The notes under the pieces were generated by a model. The model saw only the letters and a program-made list of their open reading frames with translations, was not told the DNA's origin and made no database searches. A stretch of DNA of 61,713 nt, filler included. It is 4 parts of 4 records of this genome, joined end to end, with 100 filler letters (N's around TTAATTAATTAA, not from the genome) between each part and the next. Parts side by side here need not be neighbours in the genome. Positions count along the whole stretch, not along the records: positions 1 to 24,950 come from SRR20825010_789; positions 25,051 to 39,833 come from SRR20825010_790; 2 more parts are not named here. One strand, 5' to 3'. Below, one piece after another: positions 18,503-27,774 of this stretch; positions within the stretch are counted from its first letter, which is position 1; the number at the start of each line of letters is the position of its first letter. The position numbers and the translations under genes were made by a program.

Positions 18503-18922
18503 ATGACCAAAAAAAACTCCCCTTCTATTCTCTTTATTGAGGACGACATGATTGAAAGAATGAAGTTCAACAGAACTGTTTCTAAACTAGATTATGAAAA
18601 CAAAATTATAGAAGCCAACAATGGAGAGGAAGCTTTGAAAATTCTAGAAGGCACCGACCTCCTTCCGCAAATCATTCTACTAGACCTCAACATGCCAAGG
18701 ATAAGTGGAATTGAATTCTTGAAGCGTTTAAAAAATGACGACAGACTCAGGTACATCCCCACCATTGTACTCACCACCTCAAACAATCAAAAAGATTTAC
18801 TCGAATGTTACCGAATTGGAATTGCTGGTTACATTTTAAAACCATTGAAATACGATGATTACGTTGATAAAATAACTAAGTTATTGTCTTATTGGGAAAT
18901 AAATCAACTCATAACTACATAA
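18503..18922 (+). CDS. Stand-alone response regulator (Rcp1-like)
   Basis: IEDD, LLDLNMPRISG, LTTS, KP; ATG 18503 chosen. Confidence 0.9.
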   Translation: MTKKNSPSILFIEDDMIERMKFNRTVSKLDYENKIIEANNGEEALKILEGTDLLPQIILLDLNMPRISGIEFLKRLKNDDRLRYIPTIVLTTSNNQKDLLECYRIGIAGYILKPLKYDDYVDKITKLLSYWEINQLITT

Positions 18923-18923
18923 T

Positions 18924-19466
18924 ATGAAAGGCATAGTATTTACAGAATTCCTCGAAATGGTGGAAAGCAAGTTTGGTCTTGCAACCGTTGATAAAATCAT
19001 AGAAAGGGCTGAATTAAAAACAGGTGGTGCATATACTGCAATTGGCACCTATGATTTTAATGAAATGCTTCAACTCATATTGAACCTAAGCGATGAAGTA
19101 GACATCCCTGTTGATGATCTAATTCATGCCTTCGGAATTCATTTTTTCGAACACTTGAAAAAAGCACACCCCAACATCTTTGAGCTTTATAAATCCCCCA
19201 TTGACTTCCTCAATTCTGTAGAAGGTCATATTCATGTTCAAGTACGAAAAATCTATCCAGGCGCTGAGTTGCCTACCTTTGAGGTTACTAAAAAGAGTCC
19301 GAACTCCATGGAGATGATTTACTCTTCTCAGCGTGCACTATATAAACTAGCAGAGGCCTTAATGATGAAAACTTTCGAGCATTTTCATCAAGAATGTACT
19401 ATTACCTATGAGAAGCTAAATCCAGAAGGAACCAGAGTAAAATTCAATATTCTTCATAATGATTGA
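18924..19466 (+). CDS. H-NOX (heme NO/O2-binding) protein
   Basis: MKGIVF N-terminus, IHVQVRKIYP.A.LP.F (proximal His and Pro), YxSxR heme motif (YSSQR). Confidence 0.92.
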   Translation: MKGIVFTEFLEMVESKFGLATVDKIIERAELKTGGAYTAIGTYDFNEMLQLILNLSDEVDIPVDDLIHAFGIHFFEHLKKAHPNIFELYKSPIDFLNSVEGHIHVQVRKIYPGAELPTFEVTKKSPNSMEMIYSSQRALYKLAEALMMKTFEHFHQECTITYEKLNPEGTRVKFNILHND

Positions 19467-21426
19467 TGAGCAAATAGCCTTATTGGAAAGAGCTTTAGGT
19501 CGAGAGAAATTAGCCAGAAAAGAAGCAGAAAAAATTCTTGAAGAAAAATCACTCGAGCTCTATGAGCTGAATCAAAAACTAAAAATTGCCAATACAGTCT
19601 CTACACCTAGGTCTACTAAGAAAGAGAATGGCGTTTATTCTAATTTGGCAGACGCTTACTTAAAAATGGATTTGGCTGGAAATGCCCTAGAAATGAATGA
19701 ATCTGCCATTGAACTCTTTGGTTATGACCTTCAAAATGAGTCTTTGAACATTGTAAATCTTATTTACAGAGACGACTTCACCTATGCAATGAATTGCTAC
19801 AAAGACCTAATTAAAAATGGAGCCTTTACTGATTATGTGGCACGAGTATATACCAAAGAGGGACCTTACAAATTAGTGCACATAAATGCCAACTTAGTTT
19901 ATAATGATAAAAAAGTAGCCATCGCAGCCGAAGGCATTATCCGAGATATTACAGAGGAGAATAAAGCCCGAGTGCTGATAGAAGAACAAAGGGCAGAACT
20001 ATCAACTATCGTTAACAGCTCACCTTTTGGAATTGTATTGACAGAAAATGGTTCAATCATTAAATCGAACAAGGCATTTCAAGAAATGTTGGGCTTCAAT
20101 GTCAATGAACTTCAACACATTGATCCTGTGGAATTCATAATCCCTCAGGATGTTTCGAAGATTAGGGAAATACAAGCCCAGATGAACTCTGGGGAGAAAA
20201 ACCAAATAGATTTCACTCAAGAAATTAAAACGAAAAAAGGTGAGCTAATCAAAGTAAGGGTGAATATTACCACCATTTTTGATGACCACGGTAAGCCAAA
20301 ATATCGACTATCAATTTTAGAAAACATTACGGAAGAAGCGCGTAGGAATGCGCTTATAGAAGACCAAAGGGAACAGCTCGAAGTAATATTTGACAACTCA
20401 CCATTGGGAATTGTATTGTCTGAGAATGGAGCTCTTACCAAAGTAAACCAGGCGCTACAAGACTTATTAGGCTATACCCATGAAGAATTAAAATCCCTCA
20501 GATTCGAAGACATAACATATGCCGATGACTTAGTGGCATCGAAAGGCATTATGCAAAAAATTCAGAATGGAGAACAGGACACCGTAATTCTTAAAAAAAG
20601 ATACATCAAAAAAGACGGCACTACTGTTTCTGCAAAATCGAATTTGAGTGTAGTGAGAGATAGCTCAGGAAAAATAAAATACCATGTAATCGTTATCGAA
20701 GACATTTCGGAACAAGAAAGAACGGAGCAACAAAAGGAAAACCTTTTAAAAAGGCTAGAGAAAAGCAATAACGAATTACAGGAATATGCCCATGTGGTTT
20801 CGCATGATTTAAAATCTCCCCTCCGAAGCATTTCGGCATTGGTCAGTTGGATCAAAGAAGATTGCAACGATATAATGCATGATCAAGGCCATCAGAACCT
20901 TGATTTAATTGAGATCACTGTGGAGAAGATGGAAAGCCTTATCAATGGGATTCTTACCTATTCCGCCATTGAACGAGCAGAAGACGAAGAAAGAGTTGTT
21001 TCAATCGATGAAACTATCGAGAATATAGTTGCACTACTCTATATCCCCGATCACATCACGGTAACTATTAACAAACCACTTCCGAGTATATATGCAGACC
21101 CTACCCGTATGCAGCAGCTCTTTCAGAACTTAATAGGGAACGCTATTAATTACATCGATAAAGAAGTGGGTACCGTGGAGATAGACTACCAAGACGCTGG
21201 CAGGTATTGGCTTTATTCCATTAAAGACAATGGAGTGGGTATAGCTAAGGAATACCATGAAAAGATTTTCGGCATATTCCAATCTCTCAATACTGATCCA
21301 AAAAAAGGTTCTACTGGCATTGGCTTATCCATTGTAAAGAAAATCGTGGAGCAATATGAAGGAGAAATATATTTAGAAAGCGAAGAAGGAGTTGGAACTA
21401 CCTTTTTCCTGAAGTTCAAAAAATAG
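19459..21426 (+). CDS. Cytoplasmic triple-PAS histidine kinase (H-NOX-associated)
   Basis: N-terminal coiled coil, three PAS/PAC, SHDLKSPL, NLIGNAI, DNGVG, TGIGL; overlaps H-NOX stop. Confidence 0.93.
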   Translation: MIDEQIALLERALGREKLARKEAEKILEEKSLELYELNQKLKIANTVSTPRSTKKENGVYSNLADAYLKMDLAGNALEMNESAIELFGYDLQNESLNIVNLIYRDDFTYAMNCYKDLIKNGAFTDYVARVYTKEGPYKLVHINANLVYNDKKVAIAAEGIIRDITEENKARVLIEEQRAELSTIVNSSPFGIVLTENGSIIKSNKAFQEMLGFNVNELQHIDPVEFIIPQDVSKIREIQAQMNSGEKNQIDFTQEIKTKKGELIKVRVNITTIFDDHGKPKYRLSILENITEEARRNALIEDQREQLEVIFDNSPLGIVLSENGALTKVNQALQDLLGYTHEELKSLRFEDITYADDLVASKGIMQKIQNGEQDTVILKKRYIKKDGTTVSAKSNLSVVRDSSGKIKYHVIVIEDISEQERTEQQKENLLKRLEKSNNELQEYAHVVSHDLKSPLRSISALVSWIKEDCNDIMHDQGHQNLDLIEITVEKMESLINGILTYSAIERAEDEERVVSIDETIENIVALLYIPDHITVTINKPLPSIYADPTRMQQLFQNLIGNAINYIDKEVGTVEIDYQDAGRYWLYSIKDNGVGIAKEYHEKIFGIFQSLNTDPKKGSTGIGLSIVKKIVEQYEGEIYLESEEGVGTTFFLKFKK

Positions 21427-21437
21427 AAAAACCCAAT

Positions 21438-22535
21438 ATGTATATAAAAACAATTGATCCTAAAGAAGTTGCAGAAAGCATCATAAATAACTTCGGTCAA
21501 CAAACCGTTGCTATTTCGGTTGCCGAACATTCTGCAATTGACATTAATGCCTTGATCGGCTGTTTGGTTGAACATGATATTCCGTTCATTGGGGGAATCT
21601 TCCCAAAAGTAATCTCTGGAACAGAAGTGTACGATGAAGGAATGATACTGACAGGCTTTTCTAATGTAGTGGAAACCTATTTGGTGAAGGACTTAAACAC
21701 GGAATCTTTCAACATCCCAAAAATTGATTTGGAAGAAGATGACAACTACTTCCTATTTACTTTTGCCGATGGTCTCACCTCCTACTTATCCCTTTATTTA
21801 TCAGAATTGTATACCTCTTACGGTAACAAAGTCTCTTACATTGGAGCTGGAACAGGAAGTTTAAGTCTACTACAGATCCCCTGTGTCTTCGATAAATCAG
21901 GAATTCATCAAGATGCGGCAGTTGGTCTTATTGCCAAGTCCAAAATTGCCTTGGGCGTAAAACATGGCTGGAAGAAAATAGCCGGCCCATATGTGGCCAC
22001 AAAAACAGATAAAAACACAATCCAAGAAATTAACTGGCAGCCCGCTTTTGAGGTGTATAAAAGCATTATTAAGGAGCACAGTCAAAAGGAAATTAACCAC
22101 GATAACTTCATCTCTATTGCAAAAGCATACCCCTTCGGTATCTTAAAAGATAATTCTGAATATGTGGTACGTGATCCAGTTAGCCTAAACGACAAAGGGG
22201 AAATCATTTGTGTGGGGGAAATGATGGAAAACACAGTATTAGATATCCTCAAAGGAGATAATGAAACATTGATTCAGGCTGCAGAAGATGCCGCATCTCA
22301 AGTAATCAATCAGCTTGAATCTCCAAAGCAAGCTTATATAAGCGATTGTATATCACGGGTCATCTTTTTAGAAGATGATTTCAACCTAGAGCTTAAAACC
22401 ATTTCTGATAAGCTGGTACAAAACAATAAGTCTATCCCCATTGAAGGAGCACTTACTTTAGGAGAGATCTCCTCTTTTGGGGATAGTTACCTTCAGTTAT
22501 TTAATAAAACAGTGGTTATTGGTTTGTTTGAATAG
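21438..22535 (+). CDS. FIST-domain protein (NosP-like sensor)
   Basis: IGGIFP, DG, GAG.GSL, HGW, EINWQPAFEVY, YPFG, VRDP, DCISR, GALTLGEI. Confidence 0.88.
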   Translation: MYIKTIDPKEVAESIINNFGQQTVAISVAEHSAIDINALIGCLVEHDIPFIGGIFPKVISGTEVYDEGMILTGFSNVVETYLVKDLNTESFNIPKIDLEEDDNYFLFTFADGLTSYLSLYLSELYTSYGNKVSYIGAGTGSLSLLQIPCVFDKSGIHQDAAVGLIAKSKIALGVKHGWKKIAGPYVATKTDKNTIQEINWQPAFEVYKSIIKEHSQKEINHDNFISIAKAYPFGILKDNSEYVVRDPVSLNDKGEIICVGEMMENTVLDILKGDNETLIQAAEDAASQVINQLESPKQAYISDCISRVIFLEDDFNLELKTISDKLVQNNKSIPIEGALTLGEISSFGDSYLQLFNKTVVIGLFE

Positions 22536-22540
22536 AAAAT

Positions 22541-23707
22541 ATGGGCCCTATCAATAAAAATATTATCGATATTCTCCAGCTGTATGAGTTCTCTATGGCC
22601 ATAGGCAAGTCCTTCAATTATAAGGAAAACTGTGACGGATTACTCAAGCTAATAATGTCTAGAAAAGATTTAGAGGCCTGTTGGATTTATTCCTATGCTG
22701 AGCAGAAGTGTCGAGTATCCTACTCCATTCCTGCTACGCGTACCCCAAAGCTTTTAGAGTGCGACAAAGTAATTCTAAAGGAAATTCATAATCGAAACGA
22801 ACATATATCGCACCCAATTACTGAAGACATTAAAGTGGTAGCTCCACTAAAGTTAAAAGATGGGGCTGTTGCCATATTTAACCTTAAAGACCAAGGCCTT
22901 CTATTCTTATATAGTTCAAAAAAGAAAGAATTCTCACAAATCGAGCTCAATCAGTTAAGTCCCATTATCGATAAGTTCACTTTATCCTTACAGGGCTCTC
23001 TTATTTTTTCTAAAAGAGAAGAACTCCTAGTCAGTTTAGAAAAACAAAATCAAGAGTTAAGTGACTATGCACATATCGTTTCTCATGACTTAAAGTCGCC
23101 CATCAGAAACATCGAAGCCTTAACCAGCTGGATCAAAGAAGATTACAAAGCAGTTATAGATTCATCAGGCATAGAAACCTTCAATCTAATTGGTGATAAC
23201 CTTGAAAAAATGGACAACCTGATTGACGGAATCCTCAGGTATTCTACCATAGATAAAACAGTTGATGAGAAGCATCCCATCAACCTCAATGACTTGGTGT
23301 GTAAAACAATAGAAACCATCGTATTACCTGAGCATTCGGCAGTCAAAATCATAAGTGATCTACCCGTGATCAATGGTGACGCCTTTAGGCTACAACAGCT
23401 TTTTCAAAACTTGATTGAGAATGCTATAAAGTACAATGATAAGCCTGCCCCACTGGTTGAAATTGGTTCGCGAGAAATTGAAGATGGATTTGAGTTTTTT
23501 GTAAGGGACAACGGAAAAGGAATTGACAAGACTCATCATGAAAAGATTTTTCAAGTATTTCAGAGCCTAGGGGAAGACCAAAAATCAACAGGTATTGGGC
23601 TTTCGGTAGTAAAGAAAATCGTAAGCTATTATTCTGGAGACATTTGGTTAGTGTCTGAATTAAATGAAGGAACCATATTTTATTTTACCTTGAAAGACGA
23701 TGCCTAA
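22541..23707 (+). CDS. Histidine kinase (FIST-associated)
   Basis: SHDLKSPI, NLIENAIKY, DNGKG, TGIGL; N-terminal GAF-like region. Confidence 0.92.
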   Translation: MGPINKNIIDILQLYEFSMAIGKSFNYKENCDGLLKLIMSRKDLEACWIYSYAEQKCRVSYSIPATRTPKLLECDKVILKEIHNRNEHISHPITEDIKVVAPLKLKDGAVAIFNLKDQGLLFLYSSKKKEFSQIELNQLSPIIDKFTLSLQGSLIFSKREELLVSLEKQNQELSDYAHIVSHDLKSPIRNIEALTSWIKEDYKAVIDSSGIETFNLIGDNLEKMDNLIDGILRYSTIDKTVDEKHPINLNDLVCKTIETIVLPEHSAVKIISDLPVINGDAFRLQQLFQNLIENAIKYNDKPAPLVEIGSREIEDGFEFFVRDNGKGIDKTHHEKIFQVFQSLGEDQKSTGIGLSVVKKIVSYYSGDIWLVSELNEGTIFYFTLKDDA

Positions 23708-24032
23708 ACCTAACTTCAACTATATTAAACAACTCTCGAATGGCGATTTAGCCTTTGAAAACAAACTTCTTGGCGTATTGGCCAAAGAATTACCTATTGA
23801 AATCAAGGAGTTTGAAACCAATATTGCCTCAGGTAAATTGACTGATGCGGCTAGTAACGTTCATAAAATTAAACATAAAATCAGCCTACTCGGAATGCAA
23901 GAAAGTTACTTGATAGCTCAAGATTTTGAAGAAAACTTAAAAAATAATCGCAGAGACTTACACAAGGTTTTTATTCAAATTCTAAAAAAAATGATTACTT
24001 TTTTAAATCACATTGAGAACCACCGAATATGA
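23700..24032 (+). CDS. Hpt phosphotransfer protein
   Basis: 110 aa helical; VHKIKHKISLLG. Confidence 0.8.
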   Translation: MPKPNFNYIKQLSNGDLAFENKLLGVLAKELPIEIKEFETNIASGKLTDAASNVHKIKHKISLLGMQESYLIAQDFEENLKNNRRDLHKVFIQILKKMITFLNHIENHRI

Positions 24033-24751
24033 CCTGCATTATTATTGATGACGAAGAGACATCCAGAGTGATTCTGAACCAGCTTTGTTCAGAAGTTTCT
24101 GACTTAGATATGATCGAAGAATTTTCGAATGCCATGAGTGCAATTAAGTTCTTGAACAAAAACGATATTGATCTCATATTCTTGGATATTCATATGCCTG
24201 ATTTTTCTGGTTTCGATTTTATTCAAACCCTAAAAAACCCGCCTAGAATTATCCTCACCACTTCAGATCAAAGTCTGGCACTTACGGCATTTGAATACGA
24301 TAGTGTTATCGACTATTTGGTAAAACCCGTTGAAAGGCCTCGTTTCGAGAAGGCAATAGTGAAGGCGAAATCATTTGTAGCAGCACCAAAAGCTATTACT
24401 TCGGCAGAAAGTTCAAACAATGAAAAGCAAAGTGATTCGGCAAAAACCTTATATGTCAATATCGATCGAACTTTGATCAAAATCGAAACGGATTCCATCA
24501 ACGTAATAAAGGCTGAAGGAGACTATATATTGATTAAAACCCGTGAGAAAGAATACAAAGTGCATTCAACTTTGAAGAAGATTGTGGACAAGCTACCCAA
24601 CGACCCTTTCTTCCATGTGCATAGATCTTACATCATTAATCTCTCTCGAATTGTCGACATTGAAGACAACACCATTCTAATTGAGAAAAATGTAATCCCG
24701 ATTAGTAGATCTAAAAGGCCAGAATTAATGAGACGACTCAACTTACTCTAA
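24029..24751 (+). CDS. LytTR family response regulator
   Basis: REC (IDDE, FLDIHMP, DYLVKP) plus LytTR (FFHVHRSYIIN, IPISRS). Confidence 0.95.
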   Translation: MTCIIIDDEETSRVILNQLCSEVSDLDMIEEFSNAMSAIKFLNKNDIDLIFLDIHMPDFSGFDFIQTLKNPPRIILTTSDQSLALTAFEYDSVIDYLVKPVERPRFEKAIVKAKSFVAAPKAITSAESSNNEKQSDSAKTLYVNIDRTLIKIETDSINVIKAEGDYILIKTREKEYKVHSTLKKIVDKLPNDPFFHVHRSYIINLSRIVDIEDNTILIEKNVIPISRSKRPELMRRLNLL

Positions 24752-24774
24752 ATATTAAATATTAAAGTATCATT

Positions 24775-24810
24775 AAGCTTCTGTCCAGTTTTATGGTTCA
24801 GAAGCTTTTT
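24775..24810 (+). terminator. Intrinsic terminator
   Basis: AAGCTTCTG / CAGAAGCTT stem followed by T-run. Confidence 0.65.
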
Positions 24811-24872
24811 CAATTTACGCCTGACTTCTAGAGACTGAAAGCGGATAGTGCTCCAAAGCCTCAAGCTTACAT

Positions 24873-24940
24873 TTCACCGACACTCCTCTGTTATTGGCCT
24901 TAAAACAAAGAATTCCCTCGCCACATTGCCCTAAGTTTGA
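24873..24940 (+). promoter_or_regulatory. Paralog of the ompA promoter; its gene is lost at the contig end
   Basis: TTCACCGA at 24873, degenerate repeat 21 bp later, identical TGCCCTAAGTTTGA. Confidence 0.6.
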
Positions 24941-24950
24941 ATCATAATTA

Positions 24951-25050
24951 NNNNNNNNNNNNNNNNNNNNNNNNNNNNNNNNNNNNNNNNNNNNTTAATT
25001 AATTAANNNNNNNNNNNNNNNNNNNNNNNNNNNNNNNNNNNNNNNNNNNN
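24951..25050. other. Artificial contig linker
   Basis: 44 N + TTAATTAATTAA (stops in all six frames) + 44 N; composition shift across it. Confidence 0.98.
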
Positions 25051-25203
25051 TTCCTGATAAGTATCGCATGATGCTTCCCCCATTCGCGCTCTACCTATGC
25101 GGTATTAAATCACTAGTTTAGGCAGAAGTGAAGGCAGTATATTCCCCTCACGCCTGTACTCCTTCTATCGCCTGATGCGGGAGGAGTGAGAGCAGCTTTC
25201 TTG

Positions 25204-25235
25204 CCCATAGTTATAACATGCGTTATAACTATGGG
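25204..25235. promoter_or_regulatory. TA autoregulatory operator (14-bp perfect inverted repeat containing two GTTATAAC boxes)
   Basis: CCCATAGTTATAAC-ATGC-GTTATAACTATGGG directly upstream of the antitoxin gene. Confidence 0.8.
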
Positions 25236-25249
25236 GTGACAAGGGGCAG

Positions 25250-25477
25250 GTGATGGCAGAAGTTAAAGTAACAACCGTGGGCAATTCCACAGGCGTGGTT
25301 CTCTCAAAAGAGCTGCTCGCGAAATTGCGCGTCTCGAAGGGGGACAAGCTTTATGTGAGCGAAACGCCAAACGGCATTGAGCTGACATCATACGACCCTG
25401 AGTTTGCCCGCCAGATGGACCTGGCGGAGGAGATCATGCGCGAAGACCGCGACGTGCTCAGAAAACTCGCAAAATAA
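25250..25477 (+). CDS. AbrB/MazE/SpoVT family antitoxin
   Basis: KVTTVGNSTGVVL.KELL..L.VSKGD.L; upstream of a Doc toxin; start GTG 25250 or ATG 25253. Confidence 0.9.
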   Translation: MMAEVKVTTVGNSTGVVLSKELLAKLRVSKGDKLYVSETPNGIELTSYDPEFARQMDLAEEIMREDRDVLRKLAK

Positions 25478-25480
25478 GCC

Positions 25481-25888
25481 ATGAGCCAACACCCCCTAGA
25501 CCGCGAGCCTCTATGGGTTGGGGAACAGGTGGTGCGGGCTGTGCATCAGCGCCAGTTGGCGGAGCATGGCGGCGGCGAAGGGGTGCGCGATGAAAGTCTG
25601 CTCATCTCCGCCCTCAACCGGCCCAAAAGCCTGTTTGACTATAGCGACCCGGCACCAGACCTCGCGGCCCTTGCAGCGGCCTATGCTTACGGCCTGTGCC
25701 GTAACCACCCTTTTGTGGACGGCAACAAACGCACGAGCCTGATCATCTGCCAATTGTTCCTGAAGCTGAACGGCGCAGCGCTCACCGCACCACCCATGGA
25801 AAAATACACTACCTCCATGAAGCTCGCAGCGGGTGAGATTGGTCAGGCGGAGTTAGCGGAATGGATGAGCGTGCATATTCAAGTGTAA
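25481..25888 (+). CDS. doc: Death-on-curing (Doc/Fic) toxin
   Basis: HGG..GVRD..L.SAL.RP and HPFVDGNKRT motif. Confidence 0.93.
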   Translation: MSQHPLDREPLWVGEQVVRAVHQRQLAEHGGGEGVRDESLLISALNRPKSLFDYSDPAPDLAALAAAYAYGLCRNHPFVDGNKRTSLIICQLFLKLNGAALTAPPMEKYTTSMKLAAGEIGQAELAEWMSVHIQV

Positions 25889-26075
25889 GGTTTGATCTTC
25901 CTCCACCAACTGCGTCGCGATCTTGCTCTACCGCCTGATACGATAGAGACACCGCTCCCAGATTACCTAGTCACCTACCAGTTCACTGTTTGGCCATAGC
26001 CACATTTGACTCACTCTCTACAAGAGTAGTAACCTGAAATTGTATTAATGAACGTAAAAGTTAACGGAGAGGACA

Positions 26076-26375
26076 ATGACCGTTAAATCCACAGCCTTTG
26101 TGATATCCTTTGCAGTTTGCTTCTGCGGAGAAGAGGCGTTTGCCGGCAGTTCCAAACAGCACGAAGAACTGGAGCCGGGTTCCTGCTCAGATTCCAGTCC
26201 CGGTGGCGGAACAGATGCAGACAGGATGATCCAGAATGCTATCAATCACGCCATTGCTTGGTGTAGCGATGCTGGCGGCGTCAAAGAAGGCAATAAGAGG
26301 TCCGATTGGACTGCCCGAGATGAAGACGGTGGCCAGTTCTGTCGTGTAACCGGAAGAATTGAGTGCAATAGCTAG
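26076..26375 (+). CDS. Small secreted Cys-containing hypothetical protein
   Basis: RBS GGAGAGGA, signal-like N-terminus ending AFA, four mature Cys. Confidence 0.6.
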   Translation: MTVKSTAFVISFAVCFCGEEAFAGSSKQHEELEPGSCSDSSPGGGTDADRMIQNAINHAIAWCSDAGGVKEGNKRSDWTARDEDGGQFCRVTGRIECNS

Positions 26376-26396
26376 TTATTTCTCGGGAGTAGATCA

Positions 26397-26756
26397 ATGC
26401 GGTACTGGACTGTGGTTTCAAGCATGCTGCTGTTCTTGGCCATTGTTGTTCCGACCGCTGACGTGGATGCGCAAGACCATCTCACCATCTGTGAATTTGA
26501 CCCTATTCCGGAAGACTATTTAGTAGTCCAACGCGCGATCCCGTGGTCACCTTGTGGTAAACAGACAGCGATGAAGCTTCGGAAGCTCGGGCCAAAAGAA
26601 ATGACGGTGTGTGACGGTACGCCGCAACGGCAAGTTCCGCCACCGAACTACCATGTGGTAATTAAGAATATTCCGTCAGGCATCTGCGGTTCGTGGCGCA
26701 AAGGACCAGCAACTTGGGAACCATGGACAGCTATCCGCATTCGAAACATACACTAA
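26397..26756 (+). CDS. Small secreted protein with duplicated Cys/Pro motif
   Basis: RBS GGGAG, signal peptide; T(I/V)C...P.(D/N)Y.VV...CG occurs twice. Confidence 0.65.
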   Translation: MRYWTVVSSMLLFLAIVVPTADVDAQDHLTICEFDPIPEDYLVVQRAIPWSPCGKQTAMKLRKLGPKEMTVCDGTPQRQVPPPNYHVVIKNIPSGICGSWRKGPATWEPWTAIRIRNIH

Positions 26757-27056
26757 GCTAGCTGTGGACGACATGCATCCAGGATATGCCGCTGGGGCCT
26801 GTTATAAACGCGGCTCGCACACAGCTGAACTGCTGTACCAGGTAGATGCCACAACATCAGCATACAGGACCCGCGGGCCCAGACTTTGCTAAACAATAAA
26901 CTCCTGAACTTATAAAGCGAATGGCAATCGATTTATGCTTCGCGGCAGCGATGACGCACGTATGACGTCTGGCTCGCCTCAATGGTGAAACCGCCAGAGA
27001 TTCTCATAGATAACCAACACCATTGATGAACTATCGCCTTATAGATCTTGAAATTG

Positions 27057-27070
27057 AATCGTACACGATT
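27057..27070. promoter_or_regulatory. Putative OhrR box upstream of ohrR (AATCGTACACGATT)
   Basis: Palindrome; similar AATAGTGCACGATT at 27685-27698 before ohr. Confidence 0.65.
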
Positions 27071-27127
27071 ATATAGGTTACATGATATTAAATCACACTG
27101 TACGCAGTGAAGGATAAGGAGCAGGAC

Positions 27128-27577
27128 ATGGCGGATGATATGAAGCTGTCGCTCAAGCTGGATGACCAGCTTTGTTTTGCGCTGTATTCGGCGGCCAGTG
27201 CGCTTAAAAAAGCTTATCGGCCCGCGCTTGATACGCTTGGGCTGACCTACCCGCAGTATCTGGTGATGATGGTGTTGTGGGAGCGGGACAGCCGGACCGT
27301 AAGCGAGATCGGGCACAAGCTGTTCCTTGATAGCGCAACGCTCACCCCCTTGCTGAAACGCATGGAAGGCCAGGGCCTTATCAGCCGCAAACGCGCCGCG
27401 GATGACGAGCGGCAGGTGATTGTTTCGCTAACGAAACAAGGTGTGGAACTTGAAGCCCAAGCGGGTGCGGCGCCAGTGGCGGCGTTTCAGGCTTCCGGCT
27501 GCACGCCAGATGAACTGATAGCGCTTCGGGACCGGCTTAAGGAACTGCGGACAGACCTGATAGCAGCAACCGGATAG
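27128..27577 (+). CDS. ohrR: OhrR (MarR family) organic-peroxide sensor
   Basis: [10 protein letters not shown] sensing Cys, [22 protein letters not shown]; next to ohr; start could be GTG 27107. Confidence 0.93.
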   Translation: MADDMKLSLKLDDQLCFALYSAASALKKAYRPALDTLGLTYPQYLVMMVLWERDSRTVSEIGHKLFLDSATLTPLLKRMEGQGLISRKRAADDERQVIVSLTKQGVELEAQAGAAPVAAFQASGCTPDELIALRDRLKELRTDLIAATG

Positions 27578-27586
27578 GCGCGGCGA

Positions 27587-27614
27587 CCTGAGGGCAGAAA
27601 CCTGAGGGCAGAAA
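27587..27614. repeat. 14-bp tandem duplication (CCTGAGGGCAGAAA x2)
   Basis: Seen directly in the ohrR-ohr intergenic region. Confidence 0.85.
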
Positions 27615-27684
27615 CAGGGCATCAAGCGAGGTGGTTTCACCTCTCAGCCCCAGCGCTTTCTCCCTATCATGGTTTTGCCATATA

Positions 27685-27698
27685 AATAGTGCACGATT
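27685..27698. promoter_or_regulatory. Putative OhrR box upstream of ohr
   Basis: AATAGTGCACGATT, 12/14 identical to 27057-27070. Confidence 0.65.
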
Positions 27699-27774
27699 TA
27701 ATTGCTAACGAGTAAATGACTATCAACCCTGAGACCCGAACAAACCAACCCTAAACCCCAAAGGAGACTAAATT

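Noticed and set aside
24995-25006. TTAATTAATTAA palindrome repeated three times
   Set aside because: Six-frame-stop linker inside N runs; artificial.
26757-27050. Integron attC sites flanking the small secreted ORFs
   Set aside because: No complementary RYYYAAC/GTTRRRY pair with correctly spaced L boxes; no integrase.
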